Below, one piece after another: positions 47,883-56,559 of a stretch of 64,000 nucleotides of DNA. Numbering within the stretch: position 1 is the first letter of the stretch; each line of letters begins with the position of its first letter. This DNA is from a virus. Taxonomy: Duplodnaviria; Caudoviricetes. Made by a program: the position numbers and the translations under genes. The stretch is taken from IMG/VR virus record IMGVR_UViG_3300021426_000005; one strand, given 5' to 3'. The notes under the pieces are model-generated. The model was not told the origin of the DNA and made no database searches. It saw nothing but the letters and a program-made list of their open reading frames with translations.

Positions 47883-48116
47883 TTATCTACATACAATGGT
47901 TACAAGGATACCTGCTATGCTCAAAGCTGTTGCAATACCTGTCAAAAAGCTAGATACTCCAACTATACGTTTTGTTTTAATTAGTTCATCAGCCAGTTTC
48001 ATTATCAATATATCTTGATTGCCATTCATTGTAGTCAATATGTCTATCTGTTTTTCCAGAATTGTAACTTGTGACTTGTAAGTGTCATTGTGTAGGTTTG
48101 AACATTGTTCATTCAT
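47883..48116 (-). CDS. small coiled-coil protein with C-terminal TM
   Basis: Hydrophobic C-terminus. Confidence 0.65.
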   Translation of the reverse strand: MNEQCSNLHNDTYKSQVTILEKQIDILTTMNGNQDILIMKLADELIKTKRIVGVSSFLTGIATALSIAGILVTIVCR

Positions 48117-48146
48117 AATTTCACCACCATTCCAATTCCTCCACCA

Positions 48147-48389
48147 TTATGCTATCGTATGCACTATTATTATAATTGCTATGCTTAGTGTCATTAAAGC
48201 CATCCCGGTGAGGAACTTATGCCAACGGAGCGTTACTCTAAGATCATCTATTTCAGCAGACAATTTGGACACCTGCAAACTTTGCTGAACATAGAAATTC
48301 TGAAGATTATCATTCATTTCATTGATATTGCACTTCAGGTCTTTTATACCATCCAGTGCATCAACTATATGATCTGTATATGGATACAT
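48147..48389 (-). CDS. small coiled-coil protein with C-terminal TM
   Basis: Same architecture as neighbour. Confidence 0.65.
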   Translation of the reverse strand: MYPYTDHIVDALDGIKDLKCNINEMNDNLQNFYVQQSLQVSKLSAEIDDLRVTLRWHKFLTGMALMTLSIAIIIIVHTIA

Positions 48390-48697
48390 TATGATTTCAC
48401 CACCATTCCGACCCCTTCACCATGTTCAAGCATATACAGCATATTCTTCAGCGCTGATATGCAATCCTGCTTATCCGTCCGTACCAGCATTCCGGAGGAA
48501 TCTTTGGGAATAGCTATTGAATGTATTCCTATGGAATATAGGTAATCAATGATCTCTCTGAGCTGATATGTTGAACTGCCTAGATATAAGCTATCAACAC
48601 AGAACACTATACAATCACCTGATCTTACAATTTTGTAGTCATTGATTGTGTTGAACAACTTCAGTGCCTTACGTTTCTTCCGAATTCTTTTGTTCAT
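48389..48697 (-). CDS. hypothetical protein (MNKRIRKK start)
   Basis: Coupled ORF. Confidence 0.65.
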   Translation of the reverse strand: MNKRIRKKRKALKLFNTINDYKIVRSGDCIVFCVDSLYLGSSTYQLREIIDYLYSIGIHSIAIPKDSSGMLVRTDKQDCISALKNMLYMLEHGEGVGMVVKS

Positions 48698-49415
48698 CTG
48701 TACCGCCCTCCAAATGTGATAAATCTACACCGACTTCAAGTCTGTACTTTGATTTTCTACCACAGGATTTCTTTTCTGGACAGTAGCCCAGCATTTCACA
48801 CTTTGGATAGAATGTCAGATCTACCAGCGTGTTCCATTCCGTAGAATACTCAGATAGCTTTCGCTTCACATCTGGGAATAAATCATTTTTGTATTCCCAG
48901 AAAGCCCTACTACATTCCCTATTTCTCGACATATCGATCAGATTTCTGACATTACGTTTATCAACTTCTGTAGTTCGCATACCTAAAGGACAAAGCATAG
49001 AGCTGTCTTCACGCTTGATCTTATATACAGACTCAAGATACTCCATTGCTTCGGAAATCTTATTCATAGTAGATTCATATACAGCTTTAGCATCTGGTAT
49101 CTTTTCAATCTCCGGAGGAATAATATACTTGAAGTTAGTATAATCCACATACCTTGTGGATTCCTGTAACCGTGTAGGGGCACCGCCGATATGTGTATAC
49201 CACTCACGAATTACTTTTGCGGAATAGCCTTTAAGGACCATGTGAACATCTACGAATTCCAAAGTTCTGCCGTGTCCGGACTTGATACAATCCAACCCTC
49301 GTTGATAATTTGCTTTCGGATTAGATATATCTGCATGATAGCATATTCCAGCTCTACGTCCTATCAGAGATATAGGATCCTTAACTGTTTCCGGTAAAAT
49401 GATAACTTGTCCCAT
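48669..49415 (-). CDS. thyX: flavin-dependent thymidylate synthase
   Basis: GHGRTLEF, THIGGAPTRLQESTRY, R.C.RAFWE, CPEKKSCG. Confidence 0.9.
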   Translation of the reverse strand: MGQVIILPETVKDPISLIGRRAGICYHADISNPKANYQRGLDCIKSGHGRTLEFVDVHMVLKGYSAKVIREWYTHIGGAPTRLQESTRYVDYTNFKYIIPPEIEKIPDAKAVYESTMNKISEAMEYLESVYKIKREDSSMLCPLGMRTTEVDKRNVRNLIDMSRNRECSRAFWEYKNDLFPDVKRKLSEYSTEWNTLVDLTFYPKCEMLGYCPEKKSCGRKSKYRLEVGVDLSHLEGGTDEQKNSEET

Positions 49416-49430
49416 TTGAATTCCTCACTT

Positions 49431-50024
49431 TCATATAATACCGTATGCAGTAGTTGGGTATACACTACAACGGAAAAACGGTTGATCTGATTTATCTATA
49501 TCTTCCATTAGAGAAAAGAAAGATTTGAAGTCCTCAATTTTTATGTCACGAACATTCCAGTCTACAGAAGGAAGAGCTTCAAACATCGGTCTGCCACCTT
49601 CGCCGTAATATTCCTTAGTATTTCGGTCATAATCAAAGCGATTTTCTTTGACCAGTACATCGAAATCTATACGACCTTCGTCTATGTATATAGACACTCT
49701 GTGTTCTTCCCAAAAACGGGTAGATTGTATATTCTTTGGAGATACCGCAATAATTCCTTCGTCTCTACCCTTAAACTCTGTAAGATCAACAAGATCCTTA
49801 GCGAATATAGTTTCCCTTTCATCATTCGGAAGTCCTGCACCCGTAGCTTGTAATGCTAATACTGCTTTCTGTCTGTCACTTAATTCTAACGGAAATGTTT
49901 TATAAGCATCTAACACTTTTTGAACTAATTCCAGTGAAGCGACCGTATAAGCACTCCAATGATAATAAGAATTTGCAAGAATCTGCCCTTTGTTGAATAT
50001 CTCAATATTAAGTCTCTGTCCCAT
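49431..50024 (-). CDS. phage hypothetical protein
   Basis: MGQRL..YYHWSAYT. Confidence 0.7.
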   Translation of the reverse strand: MGQRLNIEIFNKGQILANSYYHWSAYTVASLELVQKVLDAYKTFPLELSDRQKAVLALQATGAGLPNDERETIFAKDLVDLTEFKGRDEGIIAVSPKNIQSTRFWEEHRVSIYIDEGRIDFDVLVKENRFDYDRNTKEYYGEGGRPMFEALPSVDWNVRDIKIEDFKSFFSLMEDIDKSDQPFFRCSVYPTTAYGII

Positions 50025-50511
50025 TATACATATCCATTCCCTTCAGTGATATTTCCGGAGTATCATAAATATTCCCAATTACTTTTAACGTGTGTCCTAT
50101 GAAGTCGCCTAAGTCTGCGTGTCTACTAAGGATTACATACTTTCTATTAAACGATGACATATCTTCCGGAATGATATAGTTATATACAAAGGCAGCTGAC
50201 TTTGAATCATATCGGCATAAGTAATTGTCAGTAGCCTGGGAAACATCATTGTAAAATCGACTGATTTCTATGATGTCCCCCTCAAAGATCTTATTCTGTC
50301 CAGAATCCATGAAGCCAGTATACTGACCTACTGTTTCTGGATCAACATCTATGCCATCCACACCATCGGTATTTTTCATTGTTGCGAATACACCATCACA
50401 CAGGTTGGTTATAAGCCCATAAACCCAATCACCGTTTTTATAGTTAGTTCTATATTCACGGTTAGGGTACCTGTTTATGGCTTTACCTCTAAATAATATC
50501 TCCCTACTCAT
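50008..50511 (-). CDS. YopX family protein
   Basis: REILFRGK..VGQYTG..KIFEGDI..VIGNIYD. Confidence 0.9.
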   Translation of the reverse strand: MSREILFRGKAINRYPNREYRTNYKNGDWVYGLITNLCDGVFATMKNTDGVDGIDVDPETVGQYTGFMDSGQNKIFEGDIIEISRFYNDVSQATDNYLCRYDSKSAAFVYNYIIPEDMSSFNRKYVILSRHADLGDFIGHTLKVIGNIYDTPEISLKGMDMYNGTET

Positions 50512-50514
50512 AAA

Positions 50515-50922
50515 TTATTCTCCTTCCGAGTTTTCATCTCCGATTAGCTCAGGGTTGTCATAGATGTTGCCGATGACTTCAACTTCAACTCCCTCTCTTA
50601 CAAGGAAGCCAATAGATGTAACATCATATTCCGGCGTTTCGTATTCTACACAGAACGCTCCGTCTGAATAGTATACTTCGTTGCCTGAATAGTGTATACC
50701 GTCATAATAGTCCTCAGATATTCTAACAACATCTCCCTCAAATATCTTAGTACCATTTTTATCAGTTAATCCTGTATACTGACACAGTGTATCTTCATAT
50801 ATACACTCATGTCCATTACCAGCATATATCTGAGGAACATCGTACTGTTTTGCATAATGTCCGTATGTCCATTCTTTGGTTGCTTTTGTTTTAGCTCTAA
50901 ATAATATTTCTCGCATACTCAC
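50515..50922 (-). CDS. YopX family protein
   Basis: REILFRAK..QYTGLTDKNG.KIFEGD..VIGNIYDNPEL. Confidence 0.9.
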   Translation of the reverse strand: MSMREILFRAKTKATKEWTYGHYAKQYDVPQIYAGNGHECIYEDTLCQYTGLTDKNGTKIFEGDVVRISEDYYDGIHYSGNEVYYSDGAFCVEYETPEYDVTSIGFLVREGVEVEVIGNIYDNPELIGDENSEGE

Positions 50923-51317
50923 TTCTCCACCTTATTTATAAGATCAATAGCATCCTGCTTATGCTTCCAGACAAAGAATTCTTCATCCTCACAAAGGTTG
51001 TGATTTAGATGTTCACTAAAATGCTTGCAGTTCTTGCAAGCATAATCATGTTGACCACAGCTGTAGATATCATCCAAACCGAATGAATCCACAATATTTA
51101 TCAGTTCGGATAGATATTGCTTTGCAAGTTTAAGATCCTCAAATATTTCTTTAGGAACTTCCGAGACATTGCTTTTCGGCATATCTGCTATAGCTTCTAC
51201 TATATTACTGCAAGTTTCAGCATCAAGAAACGGTTTCATCTTAGAAATTAACCTATATAGATTATCTTTTGATACATAACCATCTATATCTTTCAGCACA
51301 TAATCCCCCCCTATCAT
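50919..51317 (-). CDS. hypothetical Cys-containing protein
   Basis: C-terminal module resembles 51958 and 52307 proteins. Confidence 0.65.
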   Translation of the reverse strand: MIGGDYVLKDIDGYVSKDNLYRLISKMKPFLDAETCSNIVEAIADMPKSNVSEVPKEIFEDLKLAKQYLSELINIVDSFGLDDIYSCGQHDYACKNCKHFSEHLNHNLCEDEEFFVWKHKQDAIDLINKVEK

Positions 51318-51661
51318 TAGAATAATATCATTCCGTCTTTTTGAAATGCACCATTTAGAAGCATCTTATCTAAGCAATGACACATACGGATTTCTTTATC
51401 GGTACATTCACATTTCCCAAGAGTTATTTCAAAGGGGTCTCCTACTTTCGGATATACGAATATACGATATCCTTTTTCAAACAACTTGGTCGTGCAAAGG
51501 GAAACTTGTGTTGTCATAATCACAGGAAAATCAGCATCGATAGCCTCCTTTGTTTTGACATAGCTATGCAAGACAATTTGGCTATCGTCTATATTCATAT
51601 ATAAATGGAAAGATTTATTCATACTACTCAACTCCTTTAGATGAAATGCAGCATTTATCAT
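51317..51661 (-). CDS. hypothetical protein
   Basis: Coupled ORF. Confidence 0.65.
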   Translation of the reverse strand: MINAAFHLKELSSMNKSFHLYMNIDDSQIVLHSYVKTKEAIDADFPVIMTTQVSLCTTKLFEKGYRIFVYPKVGDPFEITLGKCECTDKEIRMCHCLDKMLLNGAFQKDGMILF

Positions 51662-51888
51662 CTGATGTTCTCCCTATTGGGAATTGGCAACCATCCTTGT
51701 ACATCTGTACTTTGCTTCATGTATGGACAGTCATTGTGCTTGATGACAAATATATCAGCGTGGTTATTTCTAATGAATACCCCTATATAACACACATCAT
51801 TATAAAGCACGATTACATCTGAATGGTTGCATTTCGGCAGTTCTCGCTTTGGGTCAATCCAATAGAGTTCTGATTCAAGCATAGTCAT
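51658..51888 (-). CDS. DUF551-like protein
   Basis: WIDPKRELP..VQGWLPIP. Confidence 0.7.
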   Translation of the reverse strand: MTMLESELYWIDPKRELPKCNHSDVIVLYNDVCYIGVFIRNNHADIFVIKHNDCPYMKQSTDVQGWLPIPNRENIR

Positions 51889-51957
51889 CCATCTTCTTCC
51901 TCCTAAAACACAACTTTTATCATAAAATAGGGCTAGATTTTGCCTATTCTACGTTGT

Positions 51958-52317
51958 TTATTTTTCGTCGTTTAACAGCTTTTTGGCTTCATCGGAGTAA
52001 CGCCATCGATATGCAACATCACAGCCACCATCACCAGGACAACAGCAGCCATCTATTTGAGACTTCCACTTACAACATTCACAAACTAAACCGCCATTGT
52101 AAACCTTGGCAACAGTAATGCTTAAATCCTCGACCGCCGCTTTCAGAAGTCTCTTTGCTTCATCATACTTCTCAGCTATCCCCATTCCCACCTTTGCAGA
52201 ATTATTTAGAGCTTCTTCTGTTGCAAAGAAGTTATGTTCTGCAACCCACAGCAACTCTATAATCTGCGCCTTTGTTAGAGACATAAGATAACTATCACTA
52301 TATGCTTTATACCCCAT
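51958..52317 (-). CDS. hypothetical protein, paralogous C-terminal Cys module
   Basis: AKRLLKAAVEDL..C..C..WRYSDEAKKLL. Confidence 0.7.
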   Translation of the reverse strand: MGYKAYSDSYLMSLTKAQIIELLWVAEHNFFATEEALNNSAKVGMGIAEKYDEAKRLLKAAVEDLSITVAKVYNGGLVCECCKWKSQIDGCCCPGDGGCDVAYRWRYSDEAKKLLNDEK

Positions 52318-52669
52318 TTAATTCATCTCCTATCAGCTTTAAGACCGCATCTGTGTAATGCCACTTAAACTTTTTATCGCAGGATATACTGTATCTTTTG
52401 GCACACACTTTGCAAGTATCAAATCTATGACAAAAATTGTTAGAGTTGACATCCTCAACCGCCGATTTCAGAAGTCCTTTAGCTTTCTCAAGTTCCTTGA
52501 TAGCCGATATTCCTGTACTTAATGCTGTGTAGACCTCTTCCTCAGTAAACGTCAGCTTGGATTCGCATGAGGGACGAAGATTATCAAGGATCATAATTGT
52601 TGTATCTATGGCTTCGGATTCAAGCTGATCGTTGTAAATTTTTGCTTCTTCATCTGTTAGATCACGCAT
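52307..52669 (-). CDS. hypothetical protein, paralogous C-terminal Cys module
   Basis: AKGLLKSAVEDV..CKVC..WHYTDAVLKLI. Confidence 0.7.
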   Translation of the reverse strand: MRDLTDEEAKIYNDQLESEAIDTTIMILDNLRPSCESKLTFTEEEVYTALSTGISAIKELEKAKGLLKSAVEDVNSNNFCHRFDTCKVCAKRYSISCDKKFKWHYTDAVLKLIGDELNGV

Positions 52670-52701
52670 TTTTCAGCCTCCTTGTGTCTTTAGATACATA
52701 A

Positions 52702-53142
52702 TCATCCATTTTCAGCACTATCTTCCATAAGAAGAGTCCAAACAACATCTTGTATAAAAGCATCAAGATCGATAAAATCTGTTGTGTACCAATCTTCAGA
52801 GGATCTTGTATCATACATAGAAGTAAACACTATTGTATTTTCTCTATCCGGACTATCAGGATCTATACCTGCTTCATACTCCTGCCAGGTGAGATTAAGT
52901 TCTCTGAATTCCTTGATGTTCTTCATCAGTTCATCGATAAACTGATATAAGTCATCACGATTCTCAAACTCATGTGTCTTAAATTCGGGATCACGCTTTA
53001 TAGGTGTGTCAAACACGCTATCTATATGACTATTGACACGTTCCATTATAACATCAACTTTTCTCGGCTGATGCTTAGGAGCTAGTCTGTACAGCCACAT
53101 AGCAATGTGGCCTACCATTGTAGTGTTAGTTATCAGAATCAT
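52702..53142 (-). CDS. hypothetical protein
   Basis: RBS AAGGAGG. Confidence 0.7.
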   Translation of the reverse strand: MILITNTTMVGHIAMWLYRLAPKHQPRKVDVIMERVNSHIDSVFDTPIKRDPEFKTHEFENRDDLYQFIDELMKNIKEFRELNLTWQEYEAGIDPDSPDRENTIVFTSMYDTRSSEDWYTTDFIDLDAFIQDVVWTLLMEDSAENG

Positions 53143-53196
53143 CTTTTCCTCCTTATAGTATACCGTTTCTGAGATTTCTTAGTGGTTGATTTCCTC

Positions 53197-53421
53197 TCAA
53201 CCATTTATTTCAAGCTCCATGAGCTTTTCCATGTACCAATCAGCTTTATCCAGATCTTCCTGACCGTTCTTTCTGGTTGCCCGATAACGGTACTTGTAGA
53301 CGTTGCATTTACAAAATGCCTTGACAGCTTCTATGCCGAACAAAGCAAGCATTTCATCGATACACTCATGCTTGCCCTGATAATGATCAGGGTGGTTTAC
53401 GTTGTCTTTCATATCATTCAT
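53197..53421 (-). CDS. DUF3310 family protein
   Basis: VNHPDHY..ECID..NVYKYRYRA.RKNG.EDL.KA.WY. Confidence 0.9.
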   Translation of the reverse strand: MNDMKDNVNHPDHYQGKHECIDEMLALFGIEAVKAFCKCNVYKYRYRATRKNGQEDLDKADWYMEKLMELEING

Positions 53422-53629
53422 TTATATCACCTTCCGATTTAATAATATTTTTAATCATAGCCCCACAGTTAGGGCAACATACCCAGTCTGTGACTTCATT
53501 CTTGTGTCTGCCGGTTCTGCAATTGGAACAATATACACCTTGTCCTATGTAAGTTTGAACTTCTCCGGCATCATCCAGCCGCTTATAGTCACACTTGACC
53601 CAATGTGCAGACTTGTTTAGAGTTTCCAC
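53414..53629 (-). CDS. small zinc-ribbon protein
   Basis: CSNC..CPNCGA. Confidence 0.75.
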   Translation of the reverse strand: METLNKSAHWVKCDYKRLDDAGEVQTYIGQGVYCSNCRTGRHKNEVTDWVCCPNCGAMIKNIIKSEGDINE

Positions 53630-53646
53630 TTCTACTTCCCCCCAAA

Positions 53647-54249
53647 TCAGTGATTTGTTTTAGACCAATGCTTCTTATGCTCTTCTGATAATAAAATTTC
53701 ATCCATTACAGGCTTCAATTCTGATAAGTTATAAGATGATCCACATATAATTATAGAATGTTCAGCTTGATAATACCCAAGTGCAATTTTACCATAATTG
53801 ACCATCGGCATAAGTTCAGTCGTGATTCTCTTAACAACAGGGACAGTCATGTGGAATACATAATCGCTATCAGTTGTAAATTCAATCCATCTAGTGTACT
53901 GTTCATAACCTTCGTAGCTCATATTAAATATTTCAAGAACTTCGACCTGAAAGACCTTTTTAAGTATAGCTACAAGATGTTCATATGCTTCTTTCTCAGG
54001 ATACTTCCTACGCTTATCATACTTATTTGCCTTTATAGAAAGCCATTTCTGTGCATCATTAAAATAATAATCAGCCCAGAAATAATCAACGTTTCTTCTG
54101 ATTGTATAAGCTATATCTTCATCTGCAAGCTGACTTAATCTCTGATGTCTTTCTAACTTCTTATGCTCATAAGCAGATAGTTCTAAAGCATCCGCTATAG
54201 CTTTTGCACCATCTGGTTTTATCCCATTATACATATTATCTTCAGCCAT
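53647..54249 (-). CDS. hypothetical protein
   Basis: 200 aa ORF. Confidence 0.7.
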   Translation of the reverse strand: MAEDNMYNGIKPDGAKAIADALELSAYEHKKLERHQRLSQLADEDIAYTIRRNVDYFWADYYFNDAQKWLSIKANKYDKRRKYPEKEAYEHLVAILKKVFQVEVLEIFNMSYEGYEQYTRWIEFTTDSDYVFHMTVPVVKRITTELMPMVNYGKIALGYYQAEHSIIICGSSYNLSELKPVMDEILLSEEHKKHWSKTNH

Positions 54250-54528
54250 TTACTCCGCCCCCATAGCTCCAAAATCAACACTTCTTGTGTATTCATCATC
54301 ATGATAATAGGCAAATGACTTGACTAAGCAATGGCAAAAACCACGTCCACCACTGAAAGGGCATTCATGACAGCGGAACACCAAATCATTTGATTCTGTA
54401 GTCTGCTTGACGTTCATGCACCAATTCTTAGTGAAATGGTTTAATCCGTCTATAGCAGCGTGGATATCATCTGAGTTTCCGTCTGTATAGTTTCCAGTGA
54501 TTCTTATTCTGTCCTTCTTTGTATCCAT
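54250..54528 (-). CDS. hypothetical Cys-rich protein
   Basis: RBS AAGGAGGT before MDTKK. Confidence 0.65.
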   Translation of the reverse strand: MDTKKDRIRITGNYTDGNSDDIHAAIDGLNHFTKNWCMNVKQTTESNDLVFRCHECPFSGGRGFCHCLVKSFAYYHDDEYTRSVDFGAMGAE

Positions 54529-54568
54529 AATTACCTCCTTATATGGATTATGTTCGCTTATATTCAAG

Positions 54569-54982
54569 TCAGTCTGGTGGAGCTGCCGCAAATGTTATAG
54601 CGTGTTCTGAAAAAGTGGTGCGACATCCGGAACAGATACGCCGATTCATGTTTTCAAAATCCATATTCATCTTATTCCACTCTTCATCAGAATATGGTTT
54701 GAAGTTGAGTTTCAAAGTGTCCCTGTCTACAATCACATCAATAATACTGCCATCATAGCATCGAACCTGTAATCTAACCTCATTCGCATTTATTCGTTCT
54801 ACAAATGTACACGTTGCATCAACTTCCTCATGGCTATTTGATTCGTGTACTTCTGCATGAGCTTTGTTAGGTTGAATGTCAGACTGAATGTCAATTTGCA
54901 CATCTGCAAGAAATTCAGGGTTATCCTCAAGAACTATCCGTATCTTATCTAATTCTTCTTTACTACCGGTTATTCTTACCAT
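54569..54982 (-). CDS. hypothetical protein
   Basis: RBS AGGAGGT. Confidence 0.7.
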   Translation of the reverse strand: MVRITGSKEELDKIRIVLEDNPEFLADVQIDIQSDIQPNKAHAEVHESNSHEEVDATCTFVERINANEVRLQVRCYDGSIIDVIVDRDTLKLNFKPYSDEEWNKMNMDFENMNRRICSGCRTTFSEHAITFAAAPPD

Positions 54983-55002
54983 AATTACCTCCTACCAACC
55001 GC

Positions 55003-55281
55003 TCAGAAGTATTCCGACTTTTCATTCACAGTCCAGCCACTGTGACGAAATTCTTCTATAAATGAAGCTGCCGCTCTTGGAATTCTGACAGCCGTATTAT
55101 TATGATATGCACCATGAGTATTCGCAAAAGCGATTATAGTATCTACAGCTTCTTTGTCTGTAGTGAATGCCGGGATTTCGACTTCTGCAATATTTCTACC
55201 GAATTCGTCATACAATCTAACGAAAAATCCATTTAGAATTGAATACTCCATGACATATAAATAGAAATGTGAATCTGCCAT
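55003..55281 (-). CDS. hypothetical protein
   Basis: Coupled ORF. Confidence 0.65.
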   Translation of the reverse strand: MADSHFYLYVMEYSILNGFFVRLYDEFGRNIAEVEIPAFTTDKEAVDTIIAFANTHGAYHNNTAVRIPRAAASFIEEFRHSGWTVNEKSEYF

Positions 55282-55283
55282 AA

Positions 55284-55820
55284 CTACACTTCCTCAGAAT
55301 CATTCAGAGATTTTCTCAGTATACTACCATCTGTACGATGTAGTTCCATTTCACGTTCTAAGTATGTAGTTAATTCAGTCCTTAGAAAATATACTGTCGA
55401 ATCCAAAACCACATCATATCCAACTATGCAGTTAATCTTCTTCGCCAAAAGATCGACTATTTCATGAGTTTCAGTAAATGACAATGACGGAAATTCAAGT
55501 TTAACTGTGATTGGTTCAGTCAATGACTGTTCACAATATCCTACAAGCACTTGAAATAGCTGTTGTCTGATAACTGTAGGAGCTTCAACTTCCCAAGCCT
55601 TCTGTTTATTGTAGAGTTGTAGTAATTCTACTGAATTTGAATCGAATGTACCTTTATATGCGGACATTTCAACTAATTCAGGTATCCGATGATACATAAT
55701 ATTATCAACTTCATTGTTGCATCTAACTATGAAATCATGACAAGCATCTTGCAGCTGTTCTTTTGTACAAGTCCACTTCTTAGATGGATGTTCATTCAAC
55801 TTACAATACTCAATACTCAT
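55284..55820 (-). CDS. hypothetical protein
   Basis: RBS AAGGAG. Confidence 0.7.
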   Translation of the reverse strand: MSIEYCKLNEHPSKKWTCTKEQLQDACHDFIVRCNNEVDNIMYHRIPELVEMSAYKGTFDSNSVELLQLYNKQKAWEVEAPTVIRQQLFQVLVGYCEQSLTEPITVKLEFPSLSFTETHEIVDLLAKKINCIVGYDVVLDSTVYFLRTELTTYLEREMELHRTDGSILRKSLNDSEEV

Positions 55821-55832
55821 TCTGACAACTCC

Positions 55833-56213
55833 TTATAACGAGAGATCAAAGCGATACTGCGGATCTGCCGTAACCATTTCTTGATAAAATCTATTGAAAA
55901 TTTGCAATATCTGCGCATCGTTTAGACCGGTACACACTGTATCAAAACCATTCCTGGTGATGCTGAACGGACATGACTTACATTCATGATGATCACAAAA
56001 AGCTCGATAGCAATGGTCACTAAGCCAGTATATGAAATCCGTACTTACAGTATTTTCATCATCGACCGAAGAAAACAGCTTCGACCCACACTGATGACAA
56101 AAATTCATTCCATACTGCAAGCTATCGCCATTTTGATAAAATGGTACATCTAGTGTAACCCCACACTTTGGACATTTTACTTTAGCAGTGCCTATTCCTA
56201 CCATCAATCTCAC
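55833..56213 (-). CDS. zinc-ribbon protein
   Basis: CPKCG..FCHQCG..C..CPF. Confidence 0.7.
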   Translation of the reverse strand: MRLMVGIGTAKVKCPKCGVTLDVPFYQNGDSLQYGMNFCHQCGSKLFSSVDDENTVSTDFIYWLSDHCYRAFCDHHECKSCPFSITRNGFDTVCTGLNDAQILQIFNRFYQEMVTADPQYRFDLSL

Positions 56214-56215
56214 CC

Positions 56216-56314
56216 CTATTCATCTAAATGGTCATTCTTAGTCGAAACCAAAGCAAGTATTGCAATACCGAAAACGGTACCGCCTACAAATGAAGCAAAA
56301 CAAGCTAGGATCAT
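56216..56314 (-). CDS. 32-aa single-TM peptide (DUF3789-like)
   Basis: Hand-translated MILACFASFVGGTVFGIAILALVSTKNDHLDE; RBS GGGTGG. Confidence 0.6.
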   Translation of the reverse strand: MILACFASFVGGTVFGIAILALVSTKNDHLDE

Positions 56315-56315
56315 A

Positions 56316-56435
56316 TTAAACACCACCCTTTGAATTCCTTAATATAATGGCTGTAAGCCGGTTATAGTGTTCTTCCTTGATTTGACCTGTTGTCAGTAAA
56401 TACTTAGCCCAGGCTTCAAAAATTTGCTGTTTCAC
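56316..56435 (-). CDS. 39-aa SHOCT-like peptide, candidate recombination directionality factor
   Basis: Hand-translated MKQQIFEAWAKYLLTTGQIKEEHYNRLTAIILRNSKGGV; LxxxGxIxxExY pattern; RBS GGGAGTG; divergent from integrase. Confidence 0.55.
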   Translation of the reverse strand: MKQQIFEAWAKYLLTTGQIKEEHYNRLTAIILRNSKGGV

Positions 56436-56486
56436 AAAATCACTCCCTATGAAAGTCTTGACTAGGATAGCCTATTCTATACTATC

Positions 56487-56539
56487 TATAACGATTTGTG
56501 ATTTTCCCTATTGACAAACTAATCACGGTATTGTATAAT
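56487..56539. promoter_or_regulatory. back-to-back promoters: class I (minus, 56487-56496) and consensus sigmaA (plus, 56511-56539)
   Basis: AATCGTTATA and TTGACA-17-TATAAT, both exact. Confidence 0.85.
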
Positions 56540-56559
56540 TGATATAGGGTGGTGATAAA

